Source: Spirochaetia bacterium (GTDB taxonomy: Bacteria > Spirochaetota > Spirochaetia > SZUA-6 > Bin103). Taken from it: DNA of 64,000 nucleotides. Positions 39,251-48,904 of this stretch are shown here, in pieces. The notes beneath the pieces were generated by a model. The model saw only the letters and a program-made list of their open reading frames with translations. It did not search any database and was not told the origin of the DNA. The stretch lies in NCBI GenBank assembly GCA_965203905.1, contig CBDBDQ010000005.1, positions 5,984,001 to 6,048,000 of the forward strand, given 5' to 3'. Each line of letters begins with the position of its first letter. The stretch's first letter is position 1. The position numbers and the translations under genes are program-made.

Positions 39251-39478
39251 CGTGAACAGCTCGGCCAAGCGCACGTGAGCGAGCAGGTCCTGCTTCCGGG
39301 CGGCGGCATCGGGCCACCCCGGATTGTGCAGCAGTGCTTGTCTGCGCAACTCGTCGGCGATGCGCAGCCCTTCCAGCGGTCCGTAACGGGCGATGCGCTC
39401 GGCCCAATACGCGTCCTTGGCAGCACGCGCCGTTCGCCACTCGCGAGCCATATAGTCGCGAATGCCACGGCTGATCAT
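39215..39478 (-). CDS. Small protein coupled upstream of the nucleotidyltransferase
   Basis: 87-aa ORF overlapping the NTase start; TGn-TACACT -10 box 6 nt before the ATG. Confidence 0.65.
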   Translation of the reverse strand: MISRGIRDYMAREWRTARAAKDAYWAERIARYGPLEGLRIADELRRQALLHNPGWPDAAARKQDLLAHVRLAELFTRAASARPQLNS

Positions 39479-39573
39479 GGTTGCAGTGTAGCATGGTGCG
39501 TCGAACAGCGCTTCGTCGACGCCTCGATCGGCAGTGGAAGATGAGGATCACCAGTCTCCCAACAGCCAACTGA

Positions 39574-39726
39574 AACGTCGGGGAGGATCACGACACGGCG
39601 GCGTTTGCGATGGAGACGCTGCGGCGGTGGTGGCTGAGGATGGGCAGTGTGGCGTATGCGAAGACCAAGCGGTTGCTGATCACGACCGCCGGCGGTGGTT
39701 CCAACGGCAGCCGCAGTCGGCTGTTC
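39574..39726 (+). mobile_element. ISAzo13-family transposase fragment
   Basis: Translates NVGEDHDTAAFAMETLRRWWLRMG…RLLITTAGGGSNGSRSRLF, matching the family motif DHDTxxFAxxxIRRWW…LLITADGGGSNGSR. Confidence 0.75.
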
Positions 39727-39729
39727 GCG

Positions 39730-40370
39730 GATACCCGAAGAACCTGCCCCATATTGACCAGTTAAGAGCTCTCCGCCCGCTGGTCCGCTTTTTCGGACCA
39801 GGCAATGAGGCAATGAGGGAAGCCCGTGGGTGACGTCTCCCAGCTGACGCCGGCTGTCGCCGAGCCGGCCACTGGGGCGGCTGCGGCTGGGCAGGCTGGA
39901 CCGCGGCGGTTCTTCGCGCGCCTGGTCCGCGAGCAGCCGTTGGGGACCGCCGGCGGCATCGCCATCCTATCCTGGTGCTGGTGAGCATCTTCGCCGACGG
40001 GCTGGCGCCGCCATCGCTACGAGGAGATCCACCTGCGCGACCGTCTGCAGGCCCCCTCGGCCCAGTACCTGCTGGACACCGATCACGTGGGGCGCGACCT
40101 CTTGAGCCGGCTCATCCACGGGGCGCGGGTTGTCGCTGACGGTGGGGCTGGCCGCAACGGTCTTCACCGTCGTGGTGGCAGTGTGATCGGCGGCATCACC
40201 GGCTTCATCGGCGGCCGGCTGGATCTGGTGACGCAGCGCTTCGTCGACGCCTGGATGGCGTTCCCGGGGCTGCTCCTGCTGCTGACCATCATTTTGATCA
40301 GCCGGCCGCGGCATGCTGCAGATCATCATCGTGCTGGGCGTGTCGGGCGGCATCCGTTCCCCGGCTCGAC
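39730..40370 (+). pseudogene. Collapsed transporter unit: ~45-bp SBP relic, dppB/dppC junction and multiply frameshifted dppC 5' half
   Basis: YPKNLPHIDQLRAL matches the SBPs; gcaatgaggcaatgagggaagcccgtg junction; dppC DNA from 39826 with several indels. Confidence 0.85.
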
Positions 40371-40421
40371 TTGACCCTGAGCAGTCCGTAGCGTACGGTA
40401 GGACGTACGGGAGGCAGCCCA

Positions 40422-40664
40422 ATGGGGACCTTGAATGTCACCACCGCACGGAAGAACCTGTACCGGCTCATCGATGAAGTGAATGAATCGCATGCTCCGG
40501 TCACGATTACGGGAAAAGAACGGTCGGCGGTCCTGGTGAGCGAAGAGGACTGGAATGCAATACAGGAGACGTTGTACCTGTCCGCCATCCCCGGCATGAC
40601 CGATTCGATACGGAAGGGACTCGAAACCCCCGTGGAGGAGTGCGACGCAGAGCCTGGGTGGTGA
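40422..40664 (+). CDS. yefM: Phd/YefM antitoxin
   Basis: ARKNLYRLIDEVNESHAPVTITGK…IQETLYLSAIPGM; promoter TTGACC-17-TACGGT with GTACG repeats. Confidence 0.9.
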   Translation: MGTLNVTTARKNLYRLIDEVNESHAPVTITGKERSAVLVSEEDWNAIQETLYLSAIPGMTDSIRKGLETPVEECDAEPGW

Positions 40665-40923
40665 CTATCGACTGGTGTTCACCCGACAAGCCCGAAAGGA
40701 CGCACAGAAGGTGGCTGCGTCCGGGCTCCGTACAAACGTGGAGCGCCTCCTTCAGGTGCTACGTGAGGATCCCTGGCGCAGCCCGCCACCGTTCGAGAAA
40801 CTGGTTGGCGATCTGACGGAAGCGTTTTCGCGTCGGATCAACATCCAGCACCGCATCGTGTACCAAGTCCTTGAACGCGAACGCGTCGTCAAGGTGCTCC
40901 GAATGTGGACGCACTACGAGTGA
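40661..40923 (+). CDS. yoeB: Txe/YoeB toxin; start and 5' frame uncertain
   Basis: PPPFEKLVGDLTEAFSRRINIQHRIVYQV…RMWTHYE. Confidence 0.85.
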
Positions 40924-41028
40924 GTCGGCCGGTTCGCCGTGCCAAGCAGCCGCTCCGGCCGACCGAGGCGCAAGGCGATCCCATGCTTCGGCTGAGTGAA
41001 GAGACGTCATTGGGCTGATTTGTCCGCC

Positions 41029-41400
41029 ATGGCGACTATCAGCGCAACAAGACTCCGGCAGAACCTCTACAACATTCTCGATTCGGTGGTGGGACACCGG
41101 TGTACCGGTGGAAGTAGAACGCCGGGGCCGGCTGTTGAGAATCGTGCCTGAGGAGCGGGCGTCGAAGTGGAACCGGCTGACCGCGCACAAGATCATGGTC
41201 GGCGATCCGGACGAACTCGTGCACATGGACTGGTCCCACGAGTGGCGCGGCAACCGTGTACCTTGATACTCACGTGGCTGTCTGGCTATACGAGAAGGAT
41301 GAGGAGCGCATCTCGCGCCTGGCACGGGAGCTGATCGAGAGTAGCGAACTCCTGGTGTCGCCGATGGTGCTCCTCGAAGTGGAGTACCTGTTCGAAACCG
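41029..41400 (+). pseudogene. Phd antitoxin (+1 G near 41091) and truncated PIN toxin
   Basis: MATISATRLRQNLYNILDSVV|DTGVPVEVERRGRLLRIVP; YLDTHVAVWLY…SPMVLLEVEYLFE then cut off. Confidence 0.75.
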
Positions 41401-41447
41401 GCATTGGCGAATGCTACGAGGAAGCCGGTATCGGCGATACCCATCAC
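41395..41447 (-). pseudogene. PIN toxin N-terminal remnant
   Basis: VMGIADTGFLVAFAN, overlapping the RHH antitoxin stop. Confidence 0.65.
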
Positions 41448-41659
41448 GACGACGGGAACCCTTTCCTGGTCGACAGGTCCTGGGCCAGTCGAACCGAACC
41501 GGCGAGGCGCATGTAACGGCGCGTCTGTACGTCTTCGCGCCGCGCCTTTTCCAACTGATCGCGGATCAGACGCCCCTGTGACACGCCCATTGCCCGCGCG
41601 GTCTGTTCCACCCACTCGGCGAGATCGTCTTGCAGCCGTATCGTCAATGTGTGACTCAT
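41444..41659 (-). CDS. RHH/CopG antitoxin
   Basis: MSHTLTIRLQDDLAEWVEQTARAMGVSQGRLIRDQLE…DLSTRKGF. Confidence 0.8.
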   Translation of the reverse strand: MSHTLTIRLQDDLAEWVEQTARAMGVSQGRLIRDQLEKARREDVQTRRYMRLAGSVRLAQDLSTRKGFPSS

Positions 41660-41771
41660 ACGGCAGACAGTTAATACACCCTGGAGGCACAGGACAAGCA
41701 GCAGCAGCAGGTCGCCGTTTTGACGGCCCAAGAGGCAGGGTGCTACTATCGCGGAACCACAGGAGGTATCC

Positions 41772-43421
41772 ATGACAGTAAACAAGAAACTTGGCTTGAC
41801 GGCATTCGTCGTCGTGCTGGTGTTGGCTCTGGCCGCGACGAGTGTCTCGGCCGGCGGCGAAGCGGATCAGGCGGCGGAGGGCAGCACCGCCGAGTCCGGC
41901 TACACGCTGCCGATCGCAGAACCAGGCAGCGTCACGCTGAGCTACGCCGGGTGGGAGCATCCGGTCGGCTTTGGTGAAGGGCCGGTCTGGCAGCAGATCC
42001 TGGAGGACACCGGCGTCACGATCGACTGGCAGGTGGTTCCGAGCAGCGAATATACCACCTTCATCAAGACCAGGATCGCGGCCGCGGCCGACCTGCCCGA
42101 CATGCTGAGCCTGGGCTGGAACTACGTGGTCGGCAGTCCGGTGGACCTGCACGCCCAGGGTGCGACCATCAAGCTCACCGAGCTGGTGAACCGTTTCGCG
42201 CCCCACACCAAGCGCCTGCTGGAGGAGTTCACGGAGATGCGCCCCGCCCTGGTGGCGCCGGACGGCGAGATCTACGCCACCGCCGCACGTACGGTGCCGC
42301 CGATCAGCAACTACAAGAACTGGTACCTCCGGGAGGACTGGCTGCAGAAGCTGGGGCTGGAGAAGCCGGAGACGCTGGAGGATTGGGTCACCGTAGCGAA
42401 GGCGTTCGCGACGCAGGATCCCAACGGCAATGGCGAGCAGGACGAGGTTGCGCTGAGCGCGCGGACGCTGTGGCAGCTTGAGTGGTTCGGCGCGTCCGGT
42501 CTCGACCTGGACATCTACTACAGCTTCGGTTTTTCGCTCGACAACGGCGTGCTCTCCTACGACTACATCAGTCCCGGGTATCGCGACTACCTGGCGTTCC
42601 TGCACGAGTTGTACGAGGCGGGCGCGTTGGCGCAGGAGATTACCCAGTCCGGTCAGATCCAGAACTCGCTCAACGCCGACGACCGCCTGGGCGGCTTCTG
42701 GACCGGCATCGGCGGGGTGTTGTTCAGGAACCGGCTGCTGCGCGAGTCCGACATCGCCGGCACGTACACGTGGACTCCCCTCCCAAAAAACGACATGGGA
42801 GTGTCACGTTACGTGCACGAGCCGCTGGTCGGCGCGGCGACGGTGATCACCAGCCAGAGCAAGAACCCCGAGGTCGCCATCAAGTGGCTCGACTACGTGT
42901 GGGCCAGCCCGCAGGGCTACCTGTACGCCAACTACGGCCTGGAGGGAGAGCACTACAACGTCAACCCGGAGAAGAGTTCCGCCTCGCCGTGGTTGAAGCA
43001 CTTCGGCGGCCTGCCCGAGTACAGCGACGCCATCCGCAACAACCCGGAGGGCAAGTCGGTGCAGTCGGTGCTGGCGGACATCGGTGCCTTCAACCATCCG
43101 CTGTACGCCGATGACGACGAGTCGTTTGCGGCGCGCTTCTCGGAGGATCCGTTCTCGTACGAGCTGACCCAGCTCGCCGCTCCGATCGCGGTCTCGCCGT
43201 TTCCGCGCTACCTCGGTTCGCCGGAACAGGACCGGCGCCTGCGCGCCCTGCGTGAAGAGATCAACCCGACCCAGGAAGAGTGGACCTTCAAGTTCATCAC
43301 CGGTCAGGAGTCGCTCGACCGGTTCGACGACTACGTCGCCACGATGAAGCGGGTCGGCGTCGACGAGTTGGTGGAAATCATCCAGCAACAGCACGACGAC
43401 TACACCGCGTCCATCAGGTAG
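41772..43421 (+). CDS. Carbohydrate ABC substrate-binding protein (LplA-like)
   Basis: SD AGGAGGT; signal peptide; REDWLQKLGLEKPETLED; QDPNGNGEQDE; NPEVAIKWLDY. Confidence 0.9.
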   Translation: MTVNKKLGLTAFVVVLVLALAATSVSAGGEADQAAEGSTAESGYTLPIAEPGSVTLSYAGWEHPVGFGEGPVWQQILEDTGVTIDWQVVPSSEYTTFIKTRIAAAADLPDMLSLGWNYVVGSPVDLHAQGATIKLTELVNRFAPHTKRLLEEFTEMRPALVAPDGEIYATAARTVPPISNYKNWYLREDWLQKLGLEKPETLEDWVTVAKAFATQDPNGNGEQDEVALSARTLWQLEWFGASGLDLDIYYSFGFSLDNGVLSYDYISPGYRDYLAFLHELYEAGALAQEITQSGQIQNSLNADDRLGGFWTGIGGVLFRNRLLRESDIAGTYTWTPLPKNDMGVSRYVHEPLVGAATVITSQSKNPEVAIKWLDYVWASPQGYLYANYGLEGEHYNVNPEKSSASPWLKHFGGLPEYSDAIRNNPEGKSVQSVLADIGAFNHPLYADDDESFAARFSEDPFSYELTQLAAPIAVSPFPRYLGSPEQDRRLRALREEINPTQEEWTFKFITGQESLDRFDDYVATMKRVGVDELVEIIQQQHDDYTASIR

Positions 43422-43669
43422 CCGCTCATCCTGCCTGTTCACCGCCCCGGGGCCGCATGGCCGAGCAGCCCGTGGCGGAACCCGGCGTCGCACCGAGAGC
43501 GGCGAGGCGCCCGGCTGGCAAGGCGCGACGAACGAGCATATCAAGGCATGTGTGAGCGAGGAGCAACGCAGCCAGCCGGGATGGCTCGCCGCTCGAATGC
43601 AGCCGGAGTTGCGCCACGGACTGCTCTGGGCGGGTCCGTAACCCACCCGCGGTACCCGGATTCCCGCCT

Positions 43670-44575
43670 GTGAATCGCTTGGCCAAGGCACTGTTCCAGG
43701 ACCGGTACCTGTGGCTGCTGGCGGTGCCGGCAATCATCTACTACGTCCTGTTCCACTACCTGCCGATGTACGGGCTGCTGATCGCGTTCAAGGACTTCAG
43801 CCCGTTTCTCGGCATCCTGCGCAGTCCGTGGGCCGGGTTCGTGTGGTTCGAGCAGTTCTTCACCTCGATTCACTTTGTGCGCACGGTGCGCAACACGCTG
43901 CTGCTCAACTTCTACGGCTTCTTCTTCAACTTCACGGTACCGATCATCTTCGCGCTGCTGCTGAACGAGGTGCACAACAGCCTGTTCCGGCGCTGGGTGC
44001 AGACCATCAGCTACATCCCGCACTTCGTTTCGATCGTGGTCGTGGTGGGGCTGATCAACGCCATGTTCAACACCGAGAACGGCCTGGTGAACACGGTGCT
44101 GGCGCGGCTGGGGATGGAGCCGGTGCCGTTCCTGATCATGCCCGGCTGGTTCCGGCCGCTGTACATCGGCTCCGACATCTGGCAGCACTTCGGCTGGCGC
44201 GCCATCATCTACCTGGCCGCGCTCACCGCCATCGACCAGGAACAGTACGACGCGGCCTGGGTGGACGGCGCCAACCGCTGGCAGCAGCTGCGCTTCATCA
44301 CGCTGCCGGGCATCGCGCCCACCATCATCATCCTGATGATCCTCTACGTCGGGCAGATGATGTCGGTGGGATTCGAGAAGATCCTGCTGATGTACGGTCC
44401 CGGCACCTACGAAACCGCAGACGTGATCGCCACCTTCGTGTATCGGCGCGGGATCGCCGGCGGCGACTACAGCTTCGCGGCGGCGGCCGGACTGTTCAAC
44501 TCGGTGATCAACCTGGGGCTGATCCTGCTGGTCAACCGGATGAGCCGGCAATTCACGGGGACCAGCCTGTGGTAA
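43670..44575 (+). CDS. Carbohydrate ABC permease (LplB-like)
   Basis: YLPMYGLLIAFKDF; IIYLAALTAID..YDAAWVDGANRWQQ. Confidence 0.92.
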   Translation: MNRLAKALFQDRYLWLLAVPAIIYYVLFHYLPMYGLLIAFKDFSPFLGILRSPWAGFVWFEQFFTSIHFVRTVRNTLLLNFYGFFFNFTVPIIFALLLNEVHNSLFRRWVQTISYIPHFVSIVVVVGLINAMFNTENGLVNTVLARLGMEPVPFLIMPGWFRPLYIGSDIWQHFGWRAIIYLAALTAIDQEQYDAAWVDGANRWQQLRFITLPGIAPTIIILMILYVGQMMSVGFEKILLMYGPGTYETADVIATFVYRRGIAGGDYSFAAAAGLFNSVINLGLILLVNRMSRQFTGTSLW

Positions 44576-44582
44576 ACGTGGC

Positions 44583-45461
44583 ATGAACGTCCGCTATCGC
44601 CGCAACCTGGCCGAGCGGCTCGCCGAGTACGCCATCGCCCTGGTGCTGGCGGTGGCCGCGCTGGTCACCATCTTCCCGATACTCTACGTGTTCAGCAACT
44701 CGATCAGCGGCAGCCGCGCGATTCTCGGCGGCACGGTGTGGCTGTGGCCCCAGGACGTCACCTGGGTCGGCTACCAGACCGTGGTGAAGTCGACCGAGGT
44801 GTGGCGCTCCTACTACAACACGCTCTGGTACACCGGCGTCGGCACCGCGCTCAATGTGTCGATCACCATGATGGTGTCCTATCCGCTGTCGCGGCGCTCC
44901 TTCAACGGGCGCGGACTGCTGATGTTCTTCATCGCCTTCACCATGTGGTTCAGCGGCGGCATCATTCCCACGTTCATCATCGTGCGCAACCTGGGGCTGT
45001 ACGCGACCCGCTGGGCGATGGTGCTGCCGACCGCCGCGGCGGCCTGGAACATCATCATCACCCGCACCTACCTGCAGAGCAACATCGACGACTCGATCCC
45101 GGAGTCGGCCAAGATCGACGGTGCCAACGACCTGACCATCTTCTTCCGCATCGTGGTACCGGTGTCGAGCACGATCATCGCCGTGAACGTGCTGTTCTAC
45201 GCGGTGGGGCACTGGAACGCATACTTCCCCGCCCTGATCTACCTGCCCGATCCCGACCTGCATCCGCTGCAGATGGTCCTGCGCAGGCTCCTGATCCTGC
45301 CGCCCGAGGAGGAGGAGCGGATGGCATTCGAGGCGATCGCCGGCGTCACCCGCAACCGCTTCGTGGTGATCATGGTGGGCACGCTGCCGATCCTCGCCGT
45401 GTACCCCTTCCTGCAGCGCTACTTCATCAAGGGCGTGATGATCGGCGCGCTGAAGGGCTGA
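44583..45461 (+). CDS. Carbohydrate ABC permease (LplC-like)
   Basis: FSGGIIP; ESAKIDGAND; YPFLQRYFIKGVMIGALKG. Confidence 0.92.
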   Translation: MNVRYRRNLAERLAEYAIALVLAVAALVTIFPILYVFSNSISGSRAILGGTVWLWPQDVTWVGYQTVVKSTEVWRSYYNTLWYTGVGTALNVSITMMVSYPLSRRSFNGRGLLMFFIAFTMWFSGGIIPTFIIVRNLGLYATRWAMVLPTAAAAWNIIITRTYLQSNIDDSIPESAKIDGANDLTIFFRIVVPVSSTIIAVNVLFYAVGHWNAYFPALIYLPDPDLHPLQMVLRRLLILPPEEEERMAFEAIAGVTRNRFVVIMVGTLPILAVYPFLQRYFIKGVMIGALKG

Positions 45462-45537
45462 CCGGCGGGCATGGATCTCCCACCATCGTCTCATCTTGGG
45501 GTATGGTGCGGTACGAAGTAGTGGACAGGAGGTTGTG

Positions 45538-46317
45538 ATGGCGGACAGGGAGGTGCCGGCGGGGCTGGCGGATCTGGAGCGGGACGGGTTCCTGCTGGTG
45601 CCCGGCGCGCTCGGCGGCGAGACGGTGGCGACGTGGAAGCACAAGCTCTACGACCTGCACCGCCGCGGCCTGAACGAAATCGACAACAGCGTCGGCAACG
45701 TGGCGTTCGAGAGCCTGCTGCGACTGGAGCCGGAGCTGTCGCGGGACCTGGTCGGCCACCCCAGCGTTGCGCCCTACCTGAAGACTTTCCTCGGCAAGCA
45801 GTGCCAGTTGCGCTCGCTGCGCGCGCACATCAACCCGCGCGCCTACCGCCAGGAGTGGCATATGGACTTCGCCGACTACCACTACCAGGAGCGCAAGGCC
45901 GGGGCGAGCCGTCCGCTGCGCGGGCTGTGCATGAACACCACCTTCTACCTGACCGACAACACCCCGGAGCGGGGCCGGCTGACGTTCCTGACGAACTACG
46001 TCGACCGCCTGCTGCCGGAGGAGGTGCTGCCGCACGTCTACTACACGGACGACCGCAGCAACCCGTTCCAGGCGTGGTGCGACGCGCAGCCGCAGGAGCA
46101 TCTCTACCCGCGCGCCGGCGACGCCATCGTGTTCTTCGCCCACATTCCCCACCAGGGGGTCAAGTTCGGCGACGACCCGGAGGACGACATCCGTGCCAAC
46201 CTGGTGCTGCACTTTCAGCAGAACCCCATGTACCCCGGCATCAAGTTCGTGAGCTCGCCCGACTTCACCCTGCAAACCCTCGGCTACGCCGGCACCTTCC
46301 CGTTCGCGAAGCCGTAA
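45538..46317 (+). CDS. PhyH family dioxygenase
   Basis: SD AGGAGGT; WHMDF; AGDAIVFFAHIPHQG. Confidence 0.8.
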   Translation: MADREVPAGLADLERDGFLLVPGALGGETVATWKHKLYDLHRRGLNEIDNSVGNVAFESLLRLEPELSRDLVGHPSVAPYLKTFLGKQCQLRSLRAHINPRAYRQEWHMDFADYHYQERKAGASRPLRGLCMNTTFYLTDNTPERGRLTFLTNYVDRLLPEEVLPHVYYTDDRSNPFQAWCDAQPQEHLYPRAGDAIVFFAHIPHQGVKFGDDPEDDIRANLVLHFQQNPMYPGIKFVSSPDFTLQTLGYAGTFPFAKP

Positions 46318-46390
46318 CCCGCCGGCAGCAGCAGCAACCACGATCAGGCCCTTGCCAGTGGCCGTCCGCTCGCGCTATGACGCCAGGCGT

Positions 46391-47908
46391 ATGGCTGACA
46401 ACAGTTCCCTCCACGAGCCGGAGTTTCGGCCCGTGGCGCTCGGTGCGGTCACCCCGCAGGGCTGGCTGGCCGAGCAGCTCCGCATCCAGGCACGCGGCCT
46501 CAGCGGCCACCTCGACCGGTTCTGGCCCGACATCAAGGACAGCGCCTGGATCGGTGGTGCGGCCGCGGGATGGGAGCGGATGCCGTACTGGCTCGACGGC
46601 GTCATTCCCCTGGCCTGGCTGCTGCGCGACCAGCCCCTGCAGCAACGTACGCCGGCTATCTCGACTACATCATCGGGCATCAGCATGGCGACGGCTGGCT
46701 CGGGCCGTGGGTCGAGGACAACCCGGTGGCGGCCGACCTCTGGTCGCAGGCACTGGCCCTCAAGGTGCTGGTGGGGTACCAGGACGCCACGGGTGACGAC
46801 CGGGTCGCGGCCTGCGTCGAGCGAGCGCTCGCCATGCTCGACCGCCACCTCGACCGCAACCCGCTGTCGCAGTGGGGCCAGTACCGGTGGTTCGAATTCC
46901 TGGTCTCGGTCTGGTGGCTCTACGAGCGCAGGGGCGAACGCTGGCTGATCGATCTCGCCAGGCGCCTGCGCGCCCAGGGCTTCAACTGGCAGCTTTACTT
47001 CGAGCAGTGGCCACGCACCGGCCCCACCGCCAAGGGGCGCTACCAACGGCCCCGATTCCAACGTCTTCGGCCTGGAGCCCAACTACGGTTGCTGCACCGC
47101 CAACCTCAGCCAGGGGTGGCCCAAGTTCGCGGCCCATCAGTGGATGCGCTCGCGCGACGGCGGCATCGTGGCCGCGGCTTACGCGCCCTCCGCGCTGGAG
47201 GCGGCGGTCGGAGGCGTACCGGTGCGCGTCGAGCTGCGGACCGAATACCCGTTCCGAGAGGAGCTGCGGTTCACGGTTCGGGCGCCGCGGCCGGTGCGCT
47301 TCCCACTGCGGCTGCGCATTCCCGGCTGGGCGCAGGGAGCGACGCTCACGGTCGACGGCCGCCCCACCCCGGTGGCAGGCGCCGGCACGTTCCACACCAT
47401 CGAGCGGGACTGGACCGGCTCCGCCGAGGTCTTGCTGTCGCTGCCGATGACGCCACGCCTGCTGCAGCGGCCGGGGGGCGCCGTTTCGCTGGCGCGCGGT
47501 CCGCTGCTGTACGCACTGCGGATCGGTGAACGCTGGCGTCGTATCAACCAGGACCAGCCGCACCGCGAGCCACCGCACGCCGACTGGGAGATCTACCCCA
47601 CTACGCCCTGGAACTACGCGCTGGAGTTGGACGAAGGCGAGTTGAACGAGGTAGTCCGGTTCACCGAGCACTCGCTCGGTTCGCCGGTGTTCGCCCCCGA
47701 TACGCCGTCTGTCAGCGCTACCGTCAAGGGCCGCCGGGTGCCCGAATGGGGCGCGGTAGGCGGCTCGGCCGCTCCGCCGCCGGCCGACGCGGCACGGCAC
47801 GCGGGGACCGCCGAGGACCTTACGCTGATCCCCTACGGCTGCAGCAACCTGCGCATCGCGGAGTTCCCGGTGCTGCAGGGGGGCAGTCCACGAGCACCGA
47901 CCGCCTAA
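46391..47908 (+). pseudogene. GH127/GH146-like beta-L-arabinofuranosidase with a frameshift (~46648) and an out-of-frame internal deletion (~47040)
   Basis: GWERMPYWLDG; FGLEPNYGCCTANLSQGWPKF; TEYPF; LRIPGW; LIPYGCSNLRIAEFP spread over three frames. Confidence 0.82.
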
Positions 47909-48747
47909 TAGCTCGGCGTAGTCGCGAACGGGGTGAGCTGCAGCTCGTGGGTCCAGCAGGAGCGGTCCTGCGAGTGCAGGTAGTAGAACGCCTCGGCGAT
48001 CTTGACCGGATCCATCACCACCTCGGGCCGTTCCTGCGCCAGCGGCAGCGCACGCGTGCCGGGTGAGTCGATGAGGCCGTCGATCACGACGTTCGCCACG
48101 TGCACGCCGTGCACCGAGTATTCCTCCGTGAGCACCTGGGCGAGGGTGCGCATCATGACCCGCGGGTAGTACAGCGACTGGCCGGTCAACCGCTTGCGCC
48201 CGCGCAGCGACGACGCATTGTTGGTCAGGAGGAACGATCCCGAGCCGCGCTCGCGCATCGCCGGCAGCACTTCCCTGGCGACCAGGAACGGGCCACGGCT
48301 GGCCAGGTGCTGGGCGGTCTCGAACATCTCGGTCGGGATGTACTCCAGCAGCTCCTGGTCGGGCGGCAGCTCGCGGCCCTCCAGGTAGCCGGCGTTGTAG
48401 ACCACCACCTCCGGCTCGCCGGCCGCGCGGCGGACGGTGGCGAACGCCTGCGCGATCGACTGCTCGGAGACCAGGTCAAGCTCCACGATCATGCAGGCGC
48501 CTCCCCGGGCCTCGATCGCCTCCTTGAGCGCGACCGCGTTGGCTGCCGCGCGCGTGGTGAGCACGGTGAAAAAGCCCTCGGCGGCGAACTTCTGCGCCAC
48601 CGCGCCGCCCACGCCCCAGCGCTTCCCGACCGGCAGCCCGCTGTCGTCCAGTGTGCCGCCGTGCACCAGCCTGGTGTTGCGTCCATCCGCCTGCCACTTG
48701 GAGGTCGCCCCGATCACGACCGCAACCTGTCGAGAGCTGCAATTCAT
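47905..48747 (-). CDS. SDR family oxidoreductase (atypical)
   Basis: VVIGAT…WGVGGAVAQKF; VVYNAG; HGVHVANVVIDG; WTHELQLTP. Confidence 0.85.
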   Translation of the reverse strand: MNCSSRQVAVVIGATSKWQADGRNTRLVHGGTLDDSGLPVGKRWGVGGAVAQKFAAEGFFTVLTTRAAANAVALKEAIEARGGACMIVELDLVSEQSIAQAFATVRRAAGEPEVVVYNAGYLEGRELPPDQELLEYIPTEMFETAQHLASRGPFLVAREVLPAMRERGSGSFLLTNNASSLRGRKRLTGQSLYYPRVMMRTLAQVLTEEYSVHGVHVANVVIDGLIDSPGTRALPLAQERPEVVMDPVKIAEAFYYLHSQDRSCWTHELQLTPFATTPSY

Positions 48748-48904
48748 GGTCCCGTACCATAGCCTCAGGCGACGCCCTCGGTCGCGGCAGCGAATTCACG
48801 CCGAGCCGGCAAGCCCGAATCCCCGAGCCGCGCCTGCCGAGTCCAGCCGAGCATCATCGAGCGCGCGGTTGCAGCGGGCCGGTGGAATGCCGTACCGTGC
48901 CGGC

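Noticed and set aside
23928-41700. Classical integron cassette array
   Set aside because: No tyrosine integrase in the window, no recurring attC-like palindromes, and cargo lies on both strands
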